Source: Zygophlyctis sp. KS116
Taxonomy: Eukaryota; Fungi; Chytridiomycota
DNA: 32,000 nt
Assembly: GCA_054661495.1 (NCBI GenBank)
Contig: BAAFSQ010000085.1
Location: forward strand, 5,011 to 37,010
Direction of reading: 5' to 3'
This document shows, piece by piece, positions 1-12,800 of the stretch. The position numbers were made by a program, and so were the translations under genes. How positions within the stretch are numbered: position 1 is the first letter of the stretch; the number at the start of each line of letters is the position of its first letter. Below the pieces are notes generated by a model. The model worked only from the letters and a program-made list of their open reading frames with translations. It was not told the origin of the DNA and ran no database searches.

Positions 1-3000
1 ATCTCAGTCCAGGGCTTTTGGAAAAGGCCATTCAAGATATTGGAATGATCACAGTGTTCGATGGCACACAGGATTCAACTGCTCCAAATAAACTTGAATG
101 TAAGAAATTGAAATTAAAAAATAGTATGGATCTCTGGATTGACTGTGGGGAAACCCGCCCTAGAATCAGCCGGTGGATTGAATGATATACTGTCTCCGGC
201 AGAATGCAGAGGAAGGGGGATTTCCTATAAAGCTAAAATGCAGGCTAAATTGAATTGGAGAGTGAATGGGGCAGGGATTCAGATGGAAGTCCGCAACTTT
301 GGTAGTTTACCAATCATGGTTAGAAGTAATCGTTGTCATCTTTTCAAAAAATCTCCCAAAGAACTCATTCAAATGCATGAAGATCCAGATGAATTTGGTG
401 GATATTTTCTGTGTAATGGTATCGAAAGACTAATTAGGCTTTTGATTGTTCCAAGGAGAAATTACCCAACTGCAATAGTTAGGCCTTCTTTTGCTAATAG
501 AGGTCCCACATTTTCACATTTTGGAGTCTCTATTAGGTCAGTCAGGCCAGATCAGACTTCTCAGACTTTAACTTTGCATTATTGTACCGATGGTGAAGTG
601 AATCTAAGGTTTTCTTATAAGAAAAGTGAATATATGGTGCCTATGCTTTTGATACTATTCTCTTTAACAGAAACTAATGACAAGGAGATTTTTAAACGAT
701 TAACAATGGGAAATGCATCAAACACATTTTTAACTGATCGAATTGAACTATTATTGCGTTCTTTCAAAAGATATTCATTATATACAAAGGATCAATGTCT
801 AGAGTATTTAGGCACTAGATTTGCAGTGATGCTTGATTCTCCAGATGATATGTTGGCACTAGATGTTGGTCTTGAATTTTTGAAAAAAGTTATTCTTGTA
901 CATCTAAATGATTACAAGGCAAAATCAGATATGTTAATGTAAGAGATTTAATTTTTTTATTAAAAAGACATATGACTCAAAAACTCTACTCTCTAGTTGC
1001 CGGGGAATGCTGTGCGGATAATCCAGATTCTCCTCAATTACAAGAAATACTTCTACCAGGACATCTATATGCTTCAATTATAAAAGAAAAAGTTTTAGAT
1101 TATTTGGTTGCCATCAAAACTCAAATTAGAACGGATATGCGTCGTCAACCTCATACTGTAAACTTTTTTGATAAAAAGTATTTGCTCAAGGTACTGTCTA
1201 AGCTGGGAGGGACAGCTGACATTGGAAAGAAGTTGGAATATTTCCTTGCTACGGGAAATTTGATTAGTAATACCGGATTAGATTTACAGCAGGTGGGCAA
1301 TTAAATTCTAATTTCTAGACTTCAGGATATACAATTGTCGCTGAAAAGCTTAATTTTTATCGATATATTGCTCATTTTCGCTCTATTCATCGTGGGTCTT
1401 TTTTTGCAGAATTAAAGACTACAACCGTACGAAAGTTACTTCCAGAATCTTGGGGATTTCTTTGTCCCGTCCACACGCCTGATGGATCTCCCTGCGGTCT
1501 TTTAAATCATCTATCACATACATGCCAGGTAATCACCCAAAGAGTAGATTCATCTCATGTTCCAACATTTTTGGCCTCACTGGGTGTGAATCAAATGATT
1601 GGTCTTGGCGTTCAGAACCCAGAAGCAAATTTGTCTAACGATACAGGGAATGCTTTATCAGTTGTGTTAGATGGAAAAGTTATAGGCTATTGCTCTCCTG
1701 CAAAAGCTAAAGAAATAGCGGATATCTTACGATATTGCAAAGTCGAGGAGAAGCATAATGTACGTTTTAGGCAATTTAACAATTAAGATTCCTCTAGAGT
1801 TAGAAATAGGGTATGTTGCTCCCTCTAAAGGTGGACAATATCCAGGATTATATTTATTTAGCAAGTTTGCTCGAATGATGAGGCCTGTGAGGCATTTGGC
1901 CACCGGAAAACCAGATCTAGTCGGACCTTTTGAACAGGTGTATATGGACATCGCCTGTTTAGATCAAGATATTGTTCCAGGAATAACAACTCATCAAGAG
2001 GTCCTACCAACAAATATTTTAAGTGTTGTTGCCAATCTTACACCATTTTCTGATTATAATCAGAGTCCTAGAAATATGTATCAGTGTCAGGTATATTATC
2101 GATATATTCAGTAACTAATAGATGGGTAAACAGAGTATGGGTACGCCTGTGCAAAATTTCCCTTATAGAACCGACAACAAACTTTATCGGCTTCAAACTG
2201 GCCAAACCCCAGTAGTCAGACCAAAGGTTCACGATGATTATGGTGTTGATGGATATCCAAATGGAATGAATGCCGTTGTGTGTGTTATTTCATACACTGG
2301 TTATGACATGGAAGATGCCTCAATTATTAACAAATCATCTCATGAGAGAGGATATGGTTATGGCACCGTATATAAAGGAGAATGGATAGATTTATCAATT
2401 CACAAACGTAAAGGGGAGGGTATATCTCATTACTTTGGCTTTACTTCACCTCAGTCTTTAGATACTAAATTTGCTGAAAAATCATGGGAAAAGGCTAAAG
2501 AAAAACTAGACAGGGATGGCCTGCCTAAAGTTGGAGCCAGATTGAATACTGGAGATCCCATGTACGCATATGTTGATGATGTAACTGGAATTGTTAAAGT
2601 TGTACCTTACAAGGGAATGGAAATGGCATATGTTGATCAAGTACTTTTGATTGGTAATTTTAATTTTTTTAAACCATAGGAGGAGATTCTGAGACTGAGC
2701 CATTACAAAAAATACACTTAAAACTTCGCATTCCAAGGCCACCGATTATTGGAGATAAATTTTCTTCTCGCCATGGACAAAAGGGTGTTATATCTCAAAA
2801 ATGGCCCACAGTAGACATGCCATTTTCAGAGTCTGGAATAGTTCCTGATGTCATTATAAATCCTCATGCTTTCCCTTCAAGAATGACGATTGGTATGTTT
2901 ATTGAATCCTTGGCAGGAAAATCCGGATCTCTTCAAGGACAATCAAAAGATTCAACTCCATTTCAATTTGATGAAGATGATTCCCCGTCTGAACATTTTG

Positions 3001-3546
3001 GTAAAGAGCTGGCTGCAGCAGGATTTAATTATTATGGTAATGAGCCCATGTACAGTGGTGTAACTGGACAAGAATTCAAGGCTGATATTTATTTAGGAGT
3101 ATTTATTTTTTCTAATTTAATTCTAGATTGTTTACTATCAACGTTTACGTCATATGGTATCTGATAAATACCAGGTAAGAACCACTGGACCTGTTCATAA
3201 TCTTACTCAGCAACCCATCAAGGGCCGAAAGCGTGCTGGTGGTATTAGATTTGGAGAAATGGAACGAGATTCTCTATTAGCACATGGTGTATCTTTCCTC
3301 CTTCAAGATCGTCTAATGAATTGTTCTGATTATTCTAGATGTCACGTTTGCTCCTATTGCGGATCAATTTTAAGTACTTTTGCTCGTGTTGTTTCAACTT
3401 CCGAGACTACATCTTCCATCATTACTTGTCAGTTATGTAATGCAACAGATGGCATCAGAACCATAGCAATACCGTTTGTTTTTAGATATTTATGCACAGA
3501 GTTAGTGTCGATGAATGTGCGATTAAAATTATCAATAACAGCCTGA
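1..3546 (+). CDS. RPA2: RNA polymerase I second-largest subunit (5'-truncated by window edge), 7 introns
   Basis: Motifs GGYFLCNGIERLIR, YTIVAEKLNFYRYIAHFRSIHRG, NQSPRNMYQCQMGKQ, GDKFSSRHGQKG, GGIRFGEMERD and a C-terminal Zn ribbon. Introns 100-124, 939-967, 1293-1318, 1760-1787, 2091-2121, 2654-2679 and 3099-3126 each restore the frame. Confidence 0.97.
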
Positions 3547-3659
3547 AATTTAAGTTTTAATAGTCTTGACAATCAAAATGAATGAGTGATCTGTTTAGCG
3601 CTCAACTTGAGAGTTGCATGTTTATTGGAACATAACACGCTGGTAAAGATAATTTTTGA

Positions 3660-4613
3660 ATGAATCAGCTCAGGGAATGGTATTTTGAGATTCCAGTCAT
3701 TACTAGAGCCTATGTGACTGGAATTCTACTGATGACTGCAGCGATTGTAAGAATACATTTACTAATTCCAGCAAATGAAGTATATAAGTCCACTCCAAAT
3801 CTATTTCAGCTGGTCTTCCATACTTGAGCGCGGACAGTATTGGAGACTCGTCAGCTCTTTTCTATACTTTGGAAATCTATCATTCGACTTGCTCTTTCAC
3901 TTGTTTTTCTTGTAATATTAAAGCTATAAAGCATATAGAATGCGATACTCACGAATGACGGAAGAAGGCGCTTATCGAGGAAGACCTTGGGATTATCTTT
4001 GGATGCTTTTTCTAGGATGTAGCTCAATGATTGTAAGTCTTAATTAAATTTACATAAAGGCTAGTTGTGCTATATTTGATCGAAAAAAGAGAGAAATTCC
4101 ATTCTTGTCTACGTAAGTAAATATTATTTTATACATAGATCATTAAACTTCATGTTGGTATATGTATGGTCTAGAAGAAATCCATTTGTAAGAATGAATT
4201 TTTTAGGATTCTTAAATTTCAATGCACCTTATTTACCATGGGTTCTAATGGCTTTTAATGTTTTCATAAATAATCATTGGCCTTGGTCTGATATTCAAGG
4301 ACTTATTATTGGACATATATTTTACTTTTTAGAAGATGTTTATCCGAGAATGCCAAGTTCAGGAGGAAGAAAGTTGCTAGAAGCTCCGCGGTTTCTCAAA
4401 CATTTCTTTCAAACAAGAGATAGAGCAGATGCGGCACTTCCAAATGCAGATTTTATTCCACAAGAAGTTCCTAATGCTATTCAAGACGCAATTCCAGAAG
4501 CTAGGAATTTACAAAGAGAACAAGTTCCTGAAGAGCAACTAACACAAGGAGATCGACAAGATGATAGAGAAGGAATTCTTAGACAACGAGTTGCACATTC
4601 AGGCAGTGAATAA
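3660..4613 (+). CDS. DER1: Derlin (Der1/Derlin-2-like ERAD membrane protein), 4 introns
   Basis: Spliced product has IPVITRAY, GQYWRLVSSFLYFG, YVWSRRNP, APYLPWV and IGHIFYFLEDVYP. Introns 3747-3771, 3912-3938, 4033-4059, 4113-4138. Confidence 0.95.
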
Positions 4614-4629
4614 ACCAAAACCTTGAAAA

Positions 4630-5955
4630 ATGTCTTTTGAGTCAAAGTATCTGCAAATGCTGGAAGAGAAGACAGAACTCTTTCGGGCCATCCAGACTAA
4701 AAAGGAAATCTTAAAATCATTAGAAAAAGAAATTTCTGAATTGCGATCGCAGGGCCAACAGCCAGATAAAATGATTATAGACGGCGGAGTTTCTTTGCCG
4801 AAAAGAGATCAGCAAAGGCACCGACCACTCATACAACAGGAATTTGAAGAGATTGGGATAGATCAGGATGAGTTGGTGCCTTGGACAACAATTTTAAAGG
4901 AAACGCATGGAGCAGGCACATTGTCGTCAATGACTAAACCACAGAAAGATCGTGTTGATGATGCAGTGTATGAATTCTTGGCATTGCATATGCATCCTAA
5001 TGATGTAAAATCTTGTAATATTTCAATGGGGAAAAAACAAATCGCAGCATTACCGCCATCAATGACTGATGGTTTTGAGAATTGGCTAGGTAAGAGTATT
5101 GGATCTTATAGTTGTAGATGAACAAATAGATTCTGGGATGTTGGATAAGGCTAATTTAAATGATCGAAAAAAGAAAAAAGGTATACAGTCTAATTTTTTA
5201 GTTTAGGCGACTCTCCCTCTAGTGATCATTATCGAATTCTACCATGGATTGAAATAATTCAGAATGAATTTCCAGATTTTGAAGTTGATGATATCAAACT
5301 CTTTACTCCATTTATAAGACAGTTTTTGAAGGTACTAGTTTTCCCTTTAATTTCAGCAAAATGATTCAAATATAGAGTTTATACACTCATCAAGTGGCGA
5401 TAGATGCCTTGGAATACCTTTAGAATTAACTAATGAATTTATTTTACAATTTCAGCAAACATTTTCTGGACTAGTTGATAAATCAAATTTGGAAATACCA
5501 GTAGATTTTTTGGATATTACAAACATCATGGATGATTCTCCTACTGAAAATACTCCTCAAGTTAATTTTCTTAATGTAAAGAATACTCGTAAAAAAAGTA
5601 TGAGAGCAGAAGAAGTTTATAAAGATTTGGGAGATTCGGAAATGGTGAAATTTAATGTGTAAATTTCCTTTATTTCAACAATAGAATCTTGAAAATGTTG
5701 ATGCCATCGTATAATTCAACAAATAAACTTGTTCGAAAAGAAATCAAAGAATCTGTTAAAGGGTATTTACTCTCTAAACTGGGAACTGAAACAAGACTTA
5801 ATCAGTGTATAATGACGGGATCAAGCAATGGAAATCCTTTTACGACTTTTGGGATACCTCGAGACATTTATTATGATTTTAGAACTTGGGCAATAAAGGA
5901 ACTTCGTAGGCGATTTGGTAAATCACAAGTCGGCCCTCAATCGTGGGAAGAATGA
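4630..5955 (+). CDS. Hypothetical protein: N-terminal coiled coil plus three copies of a ~70-aa domain, 4 introns
   Basis: Introns 5090-5117, 5181-5206, 5332-5356 and 5659-5684 join the 4630 and 5689 ORFs into one open frame. No family recognised. Confidence 0.75.
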
Positions 5956-6026
5956 TGCAACATTTAGACTGGTCTTTCTATCAAAGGCTGAAAATTTTTT
6001 GTTTCAAAGTTTTAAATATTTGCTAA

Positions 6027-7257
6027 ATGATTTTTAAGCATTTCTTATTCATTTACTGGATATCTATCATTGGATCAAGGGATCCTGATGCTCCCCCGGC
6101 CCGATTTAGAATTCAAAGCGAGAGCGATTTTGTTCGAACCATTTGCTTAACCAGCAATCTGTTTAGAACAATGCAACACAAAATGTCTAGATTGTACAGT
6201 AAACCACAACTCACTTATGATAAGCATATGAAATCTCTATCATGGGTGAATGCACAGATTAGGGAACTTCCCATACTCTTTAGTCAAGAGCATCATCTGG
6301 CTCGACCAGAACTGTTATACACTTATGCACTTTATAGTGGATTTGCAATGTGTAGTAGTCCTTATGAAATAGCTGCATTATCATTTCCTCACAAAGATGT
6401 TATTGGACTACTTCCAACTGGAAAGTTTGATTTATTTGATTTTCAATCGTTTCCTGCATACTATAATGAAATCTTTGTCAGCAATCAATTAGATGGACAG
6501 TTTTATATAGCAGTCAATCATGAACATGAGACAATTGTTTTGGCATGGAAAGGATCAACAACTGTTATTGATTTTTGGGCAGATGCAAATGGTAGATTGG
6601 CTGGTTTCAAAAATAAGAGTTTCATACCTTACAAGGATACTGCAACTTCAAATATAAAATGTAAAACTCCAGAAAATAGAACTGATTTTTTCTATTTTTC
6701 AGGATTTTTTTTAACAATGCATCAGGCAGTCTTGGATCGAGCCGTAGCTGCTTTACAAAAGGCAAAGACCAAATTTACAAATTATAGTATAGTAATAACT
6801 GGACATTCATTAGGTGGAGCTAAAGCAATGATTAATGCATTGTATCTGGCAAAATTTCATTCAGACACTTTACCTTTAACTGCAATTTATACTTTTGGAC
6901 AGCCTCCAATTGGATCTACTAGTTTTGGTAACTGGATGGCAGATTGTATTGGGCCTAAAAAGATTATTAGAGTGACTTCGCAGTGGGATTTGGTTCCTTT
7001 TTCTCGGATTGCAATCAATGTGAATCATCCAGATAGTGTCATAGAAGCATATGGATACGATGCCAAAAAAAATGTATGGAGATGGTGTCAAGGCCCGGAT
7101 GATCGGACTTGTAGCGCTGGTGCGAATTGTTTAAGAAGGAGTTGGCGATATCATAGGTATATAAACATGATTAATAGATAGTTGGTATGGTGGGCTTTAT
7201 ATCAGTGGACTTTTGTGCGATTATTATAAAGGTGTCCAAAATAATAAAACGAAATGA
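6027..7257 (+). CDS. Secreted class 3 lipase (fungal triacylglycerol lipase fold), 1 intron
   Basis: Hydrophobic N-terminus, IVLAWKGS, nucleophile elbow ITGHSLGG, YTFGQPPIG and DLVP. The likely catalytic His lies in YHSWY across intron 7157-7181. Stop TGA at 7255-7257. Confidence 0.92.
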
Positions 7258-7306
7258 AAATGACGTGTTTCCGTGAGATTTCTTTGAGTCTCATTTCGTG
7301 TTTCAG

Positions 7307-8370
7307 ATGATTGGCGATAAGAGAATTATTGATATTGGGTTAACCCCAGGAAAATCAGAAATCGGTTCATTGAGAAATCTTGTACATAAGGAATGGAAAG
7401 GTGAACATGGGATGATGCATTCATTGGGAAGCGACCAATCACTAACTGATGACTGGTTTCCTCCGCCAGAGTACTTTATTCAAGTCCTAGAGAATTCATC
7501 ATTGAAAAAACAGTCTATAAAATCTCATAGGAAGCTTGCTGGAGATATCGCAAACTTAAATGTATGCTTAAGATGCGCTTCAGATAGGTAAAACCAAACT
7601 AATTATTAATCCTAGTTGGTTTCTTGCATTCAAGCAGCACAAAGAACTGTTAAAGGTTGAGATATTCGCTAGAGCAAGTTTAGCATCTGAATTTAATTGT
7701 GATGTCTATAATCAAACTGTTCAAATCGCCAAAACCTTGATATTTAAAAATGTACTTGATATCGGCATTTATTATAGGAAGCAGAGAATTGTAAAGATTT
7801 ATTAAAATCTATATTGCATCGTGGATTTTCCCCAGCAAAGATCTGGAAATCCCCAAGATTTTCTGGTTCAAAGCTTTCGGCGATGGTTCCGGTGATGCAG
7901 ATACCCTTCAGCTGTAAAGAAAGATCATTGGATATTTTACTATATTTATTGAAAAGAAATCCTGATATAGCCAAAAGCTGTGTGATAGAGTATATGTCCG
8001 AATGGATCAATGATCTAGAAACAGCAACTTGGGAATTGGTATGGGACAGTGCCATTATTAGAATCCGCACAAAGAAATTATTTTACAACCTGACATTTTC
8101 TTGTGGAACTTTACGAAATTATGATAAAGGTTTCCAATCATCAAGAGACGTTCTTTCAAGCTACGTGGTATTTTAAATTTATTGATACTCTAGTTAATGC
8201 ATTTAAAAGTTTATCAGCAGATTCTCGAAAGCTCAGATATCAAATTTCCTGATGAACTGTATGCCAAGATTCAGCGCAGTTTATCAAAACTGAAAACTCT
8301 ACCATATCAATTTCTTCATGAAAATATGTCCAAACTGGAAATAGATGCACCAGTTCACTGCAAAATTTAA
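7307..8370 (+). CDS. Hypothetical protein, 3 introns
   Basis: Introns 7588-7615, 7752-7777 and 8168-8193 give a continuous frame to TAA 8368-8370. No family recognised and the start codon is uncertain. Confidence 0.65.
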
Positions 8371-9322
8371 AACTTTTTCAACTGTTCTAAGAATACAAAA
8401 GTCAAAACTGTATGTGGTCCGATTCTTAAGTAATGAGCCTGAAATCCCTTATATAAAGCAGAGATCCCTTCTGCTTTAATAATCTTTTGGATACAATCAA
8501 ACCCATTTCTATATAGCGACCCAATCTTTTTATTCTCAGCAGTTTTTTGATTATACATTCGGGTTGAAGCTACATCAAATGGATTCATTGCCAAACATAC
8601 AAGAAAAGAAGTGATCAATGACGCTGAAACATGAGTTTTTAATTGTCCAGAAGGAATAGACTGATCATAAATTTGAGCGGATGTAACTAAACCTTTAGAA
8701 ATATCATATGAAGATAGCTGAACAGAAGATCCTATCCCAGTTCGAAGCATACTTGCATCTGCTCCTCTCCAGAGTCCTTTTAACCCTTCGGTCTTGTAAA
8801 TCATATTCAATGCAGACCAAACACCATTTTCCAAATACTTGTGCTGATGTCCAATAGTCTGTAGTGATGAAACGGGAGTCAATGACTGTAAGCGAGTCTT
8901 TATCAGAAAGAGAGGCGATGCTAAAAATGCGCCTAATATGCCTGTTGAAGCTCCCGACATAATCATGGAAAATATCTGATAAGAATTATGAGGATCTAAT
9001 ATCTTGATTGCATTTTGGATTCCATCCTTTACTGGTTCATAGAGTCCCAGTCTTGTTCCATTCAAAATAATCTGATAAAGATCTAGGCAATTTAATTATA
9101 ATGAATAGTACATGCTACTCCCAGACCTCTCTGTAAGCCAGAGAATCCCTCATTTTTAATTACAGTTAAGAATGCTGTTGGTGCATTCTTGTATAGGACG
9201 GCAGATGTCTTTGATAGCTCTCCCTGAAGCTGCATTCTAGTTTTGATGACTTCAAAAGGATTAGTAAATGTCACTGCTCCACAAGTTGCTAGTGCCCCGA
9301 CTGTAAATGACTTTACCGACAT
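8367..9322 (-). CDS. OAC1: Mitochondrial carrier, oxaloacetate/sulfate carrier-like, 1 intron
   Basis: Three carrier signature repeats (PFEVIKTRMQLQGEL, PLFLIKTRLQ, PFDVASTRMYNQ). AYLYQIILNGTRLG spans intron 9083-9111, and the C-terminus has LRIGPHT. Confidence 0.92.
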
Positions 9323-9374
9323 ACGTTTTATTAAAAAACTTTCGCCAATTGGATCGTAGCATACGAGCAGTAGC

Positions 9375-9827
9375 TTACGATTGTTGTGATGTTTTGAAAG
9401 CTTTCCTTTCTATAGACGGTAGTACGATCTTGAATCTTGGGGTAATAACTTTGGTATGTGGATATTTTCCAGAGATTCTGGCTATCTGTGCTGATCGCTT
9501 GATCTCTTGACTATAGTTGGGATATAAAGACTCCGAATGATTCTTGAGTACTTTGGGTTCATGTTTTACTAGATTTGATGTGTCCGGATTCCAGTTTCTC
9601 CTGAGAACAAGTTCAGGAATATTGTATATAAGAGCTTCTTTATTGTCCATATTCTCGCTTAAATCACTGTTTTTAGTAATTTGTGTTTTATGCTTGTTGA
9701 TCTTTGGGAGTTTAAGTCCAAATCGCATACGGTCATGTCCATGAGTGGTAAGATTTAATTTCTCAAATGTTTTTTGCATCTCCTCAAAAGAATGAAAGAA
9801 ACCCAGTTTTTTTGATTGACTATTCAT
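9375..9827 (-). CDS. Hypothetical basic protein (150 aa)
   Basis: ATG-initiated ORF that almost fills the gap between LeuRS and OAC1. No family recognised. Confidence 0.55.
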   Translation of the reverse strand: MNSQSKKLGFFHSFEEMQKTFEKLNLTTHGHDRMRFGLKLPKINKHKTQITKNSDLSENMDNKEALIYNIPELVLRRNWNPDTSNLVKHEPKVLKNHSESLYPNYSQEIKRSAQIARISGKYPHTKVITPRFKIVLPSIERKAFKTSQQS

Positions 9828-9844
9828 TAATTGATGACATCACG

Positions 9845-12800
9845 CTAAACAATTCTATAAACTGGTACTCCAGGAACTGCATTTTCGGCACTTTTAGAAT
9901 CCTCAGGATCTTCAAGACTTTCCTTGATTGCAATTTCAACTTTCGATACTTTAAGATTTGATAACTCCCTACGCAAGTAATCAATATTCAAAGAAAGAGT
10001 GGTAGATTCATCAAATAAAAGGTTTCTGTTTAACGCTTCTTGACCAAGTTCATCCACAGTTTTCTACAGTTTTAAGATGAAAAGGTTACCTTTACAGCAG
10101 CAACAAACGGCATGATTCTCTTGTCTTTAAGGAGGCCGGCAGCAGCGAGTTTTTCCCGTTCTCCAACTATTTTCTTTTCTTCCTAAAATTTTAGATTATC
10201 ATAAATTCTTACTGTACTCCAACAGTCTTTCAAAATTAGTATAGCAGCTTCTTGCCATTTAGGATATTCTTTGGCCATATATAATCTAAGGCATTTATCG
10301 GAAGAAGAGCTTGTTTCTTCTTTGGGTACACCTTTCTTTGCCCTTTTTTTTGCCGCAACATCCTCGGATGAGCGAATAGTATTACAAATACCCCTTACAT
10401 AATTTGCAGCTGATAAGATAGATTCATCAACAGTTTCAGTGACTGGCCACAATGCTTGAGTAACTGATGAAGTTTTTCCTAGGATCTCTTTCCAGATATG
10501 TTCCGACCAATGTGGGGTAATAGGACATAATAGTAAAGCCTGAACTTCTATAAATTTCAAAATCAAGTCCTTGTGCATTCCTTCAAATGTTTCAGACTCT
10601 GATAAGGATACTTGACCTTTGCCAGTTGTAGCTTTTCTATATTCGTTCCTGGCATTTTGAAGATCATAGAAACCAAACTTGAGGGCTTCCCTATAAAGCA
10701 TATTTGAATATGATTTATCCGTAAGATTAATTATTTTGTTCATTTCTGAATTAAAAACTTGATCATTCCATGAGAAAGGGCCGTCACGCATTGGCTCTTT
10801 AAGGGCATCCTGGATCCATTCCTTTTCGGTGAATAGCTTCAAAATAGCATCGTCAGCAGTTTTTTCTAAAAAGTTTGCGTCCTCAAGTCCATCACCAGCA
10901 TCTGCAAGTGCAAAACGGACGGCATCAGCGCCATACTTATCAATGGCTTCGCGAAGTGTCATGAAGTTCCCGGTTGATTTCGACATTTTTGCATTGTTTA
11001 AAAGAAGATGACCATTAGACCTGACAGCTTGAGGCCAGTGTTCAGGAGGGAAAATTGCCGTGTGATTATAGATAAAAAATGTCAAATGGTTGGGCACAAG
11101 ATCCTTTCCAGAGCATCGCAAGTCGAGGGGATAAAAATAGCGAAATTCGCGCCTTAATTTTTCCAGAATATCTTTGGGAATTTTGGATGTTATCGGATAT
11201 TCTGTGTCCAATAGAATGTAACTCCAAACCTCATCAGTCAATTGATCAGGTGATATACCGGCAGGACCAGTTACAGACCCATCAAAAGACCCTTCTTGTA
11301 AAAGATGCGCCACTGTATAATATGCCATGTAAATAGTTGAATCACTCAAAGACTCTATAAGCCACTGCTGATCCCATGGTAATCTAGAGCCCAATCCGAA
11401 ACTACGTGAACAAGCCCATTGCCTTAGCCAGTCTAAAGTTTTTATGAATTGGTTTCTAGTTTCCTCGCCGAATGTTTGCATTCTAGAAAGACATCTATTG
11501 ACATAAAATAAAGAATAACATACTCTTCGGCCTTTTTCTTCCATGATTCTTCGCCATAATCCATGTACCATTGTGCGGCTAAAGTGACTACACATTCATC
11601 TCCACTTCGACTAATCACTTGCCCTTCTGGCTCACAATATGGAAATGCATCGCCAGATTCAATCAGAAGAGCTCGAATCAAAGGTTTCGCCTCCTGAACA
11701 GGTCTGAAAGGTTAGATTAAATGTTTTTTAAGGCACAAATCAGATATTGTAAATTATTCAGCTTGGGTTTTCAGAAGAACGAAACAAGAATTTTTTTACG
11801 TGTATCATCATTTTTGCACTCATTAATCGCTAGAAACTTACTTTCCAGAATGTGGCCCAACCACCATTTTTCCACTATAAAATCCTTCCTTATAAACAAT
11901 TTCTTTCGCTTTTGCAAGATTAACCTTATCTTTCTGACTTGCGATTTTCAAGTCTTGTACAACTTTAACTGCAGCCATTCCTCCATAATTAGGAGTTTCA
12001 ATTATAGATATTGGTGGTAGGAAAGGATCAATCCAATCTTTATGAACATTGTAATATGCCGGTTTTTTTGATAAATCCATAAGAGTAATATAGTCATCTG
12101 GTGAATCTGACGGGACTGAGGTGACTACACCTGTGCCCTTTGTAGCTATCACTCCTTCCATAGGAAGAGTATAAACGACTGAATATTTAGATAATGGAGC
12201 TTTCAACGGTACTCCAACCAGATCCCATCCTTTCAAATCAGCAATCTTACGAACTACTCCTTTTTCTTCAAAAAGATTTTGGAATGCCATATTCTTGGCA
12301 GCGCGTTCTGTACATACCCAAGCTTCCTTATCATTTACAACAAATATCCCGTAATCCAGATCAACTCCAACAAAACAATTAGTTTGACCATACATAGTTT
12401 CAGGTCTCAACGTTGCTGCAACTAAATAAAGTGAACGATTCCCCAGAGACTCCTTTAAACTGATCAACTTAGACCCCACGTTTATATCTTTTACTTTATA
12501 TTTAGAATCAATCTGATCAATCAACACTTTTAATTTTATTCCAGTGTACTCCTGCACTCCTACTCCTTCTCCTGAGGCACGATCATGGTCCATACATGGC
12601 TGTCCATCCAAAGGAGAATAAATTGTGTATCTCTCCCCAAACTGAACCTTTGGAGGAGAACAAGCCTTTAGTTGGTTGAATTGCCATCTAATAAAAGAGT
12701 CATAATATGGATTAACATCAGTTGTGATAAATGATCTCCTCCAATCCACTGATAATCCAAAGTCTTTCAAGTCCTGAACAGCAAGAGGAGGGAAGTAGTA

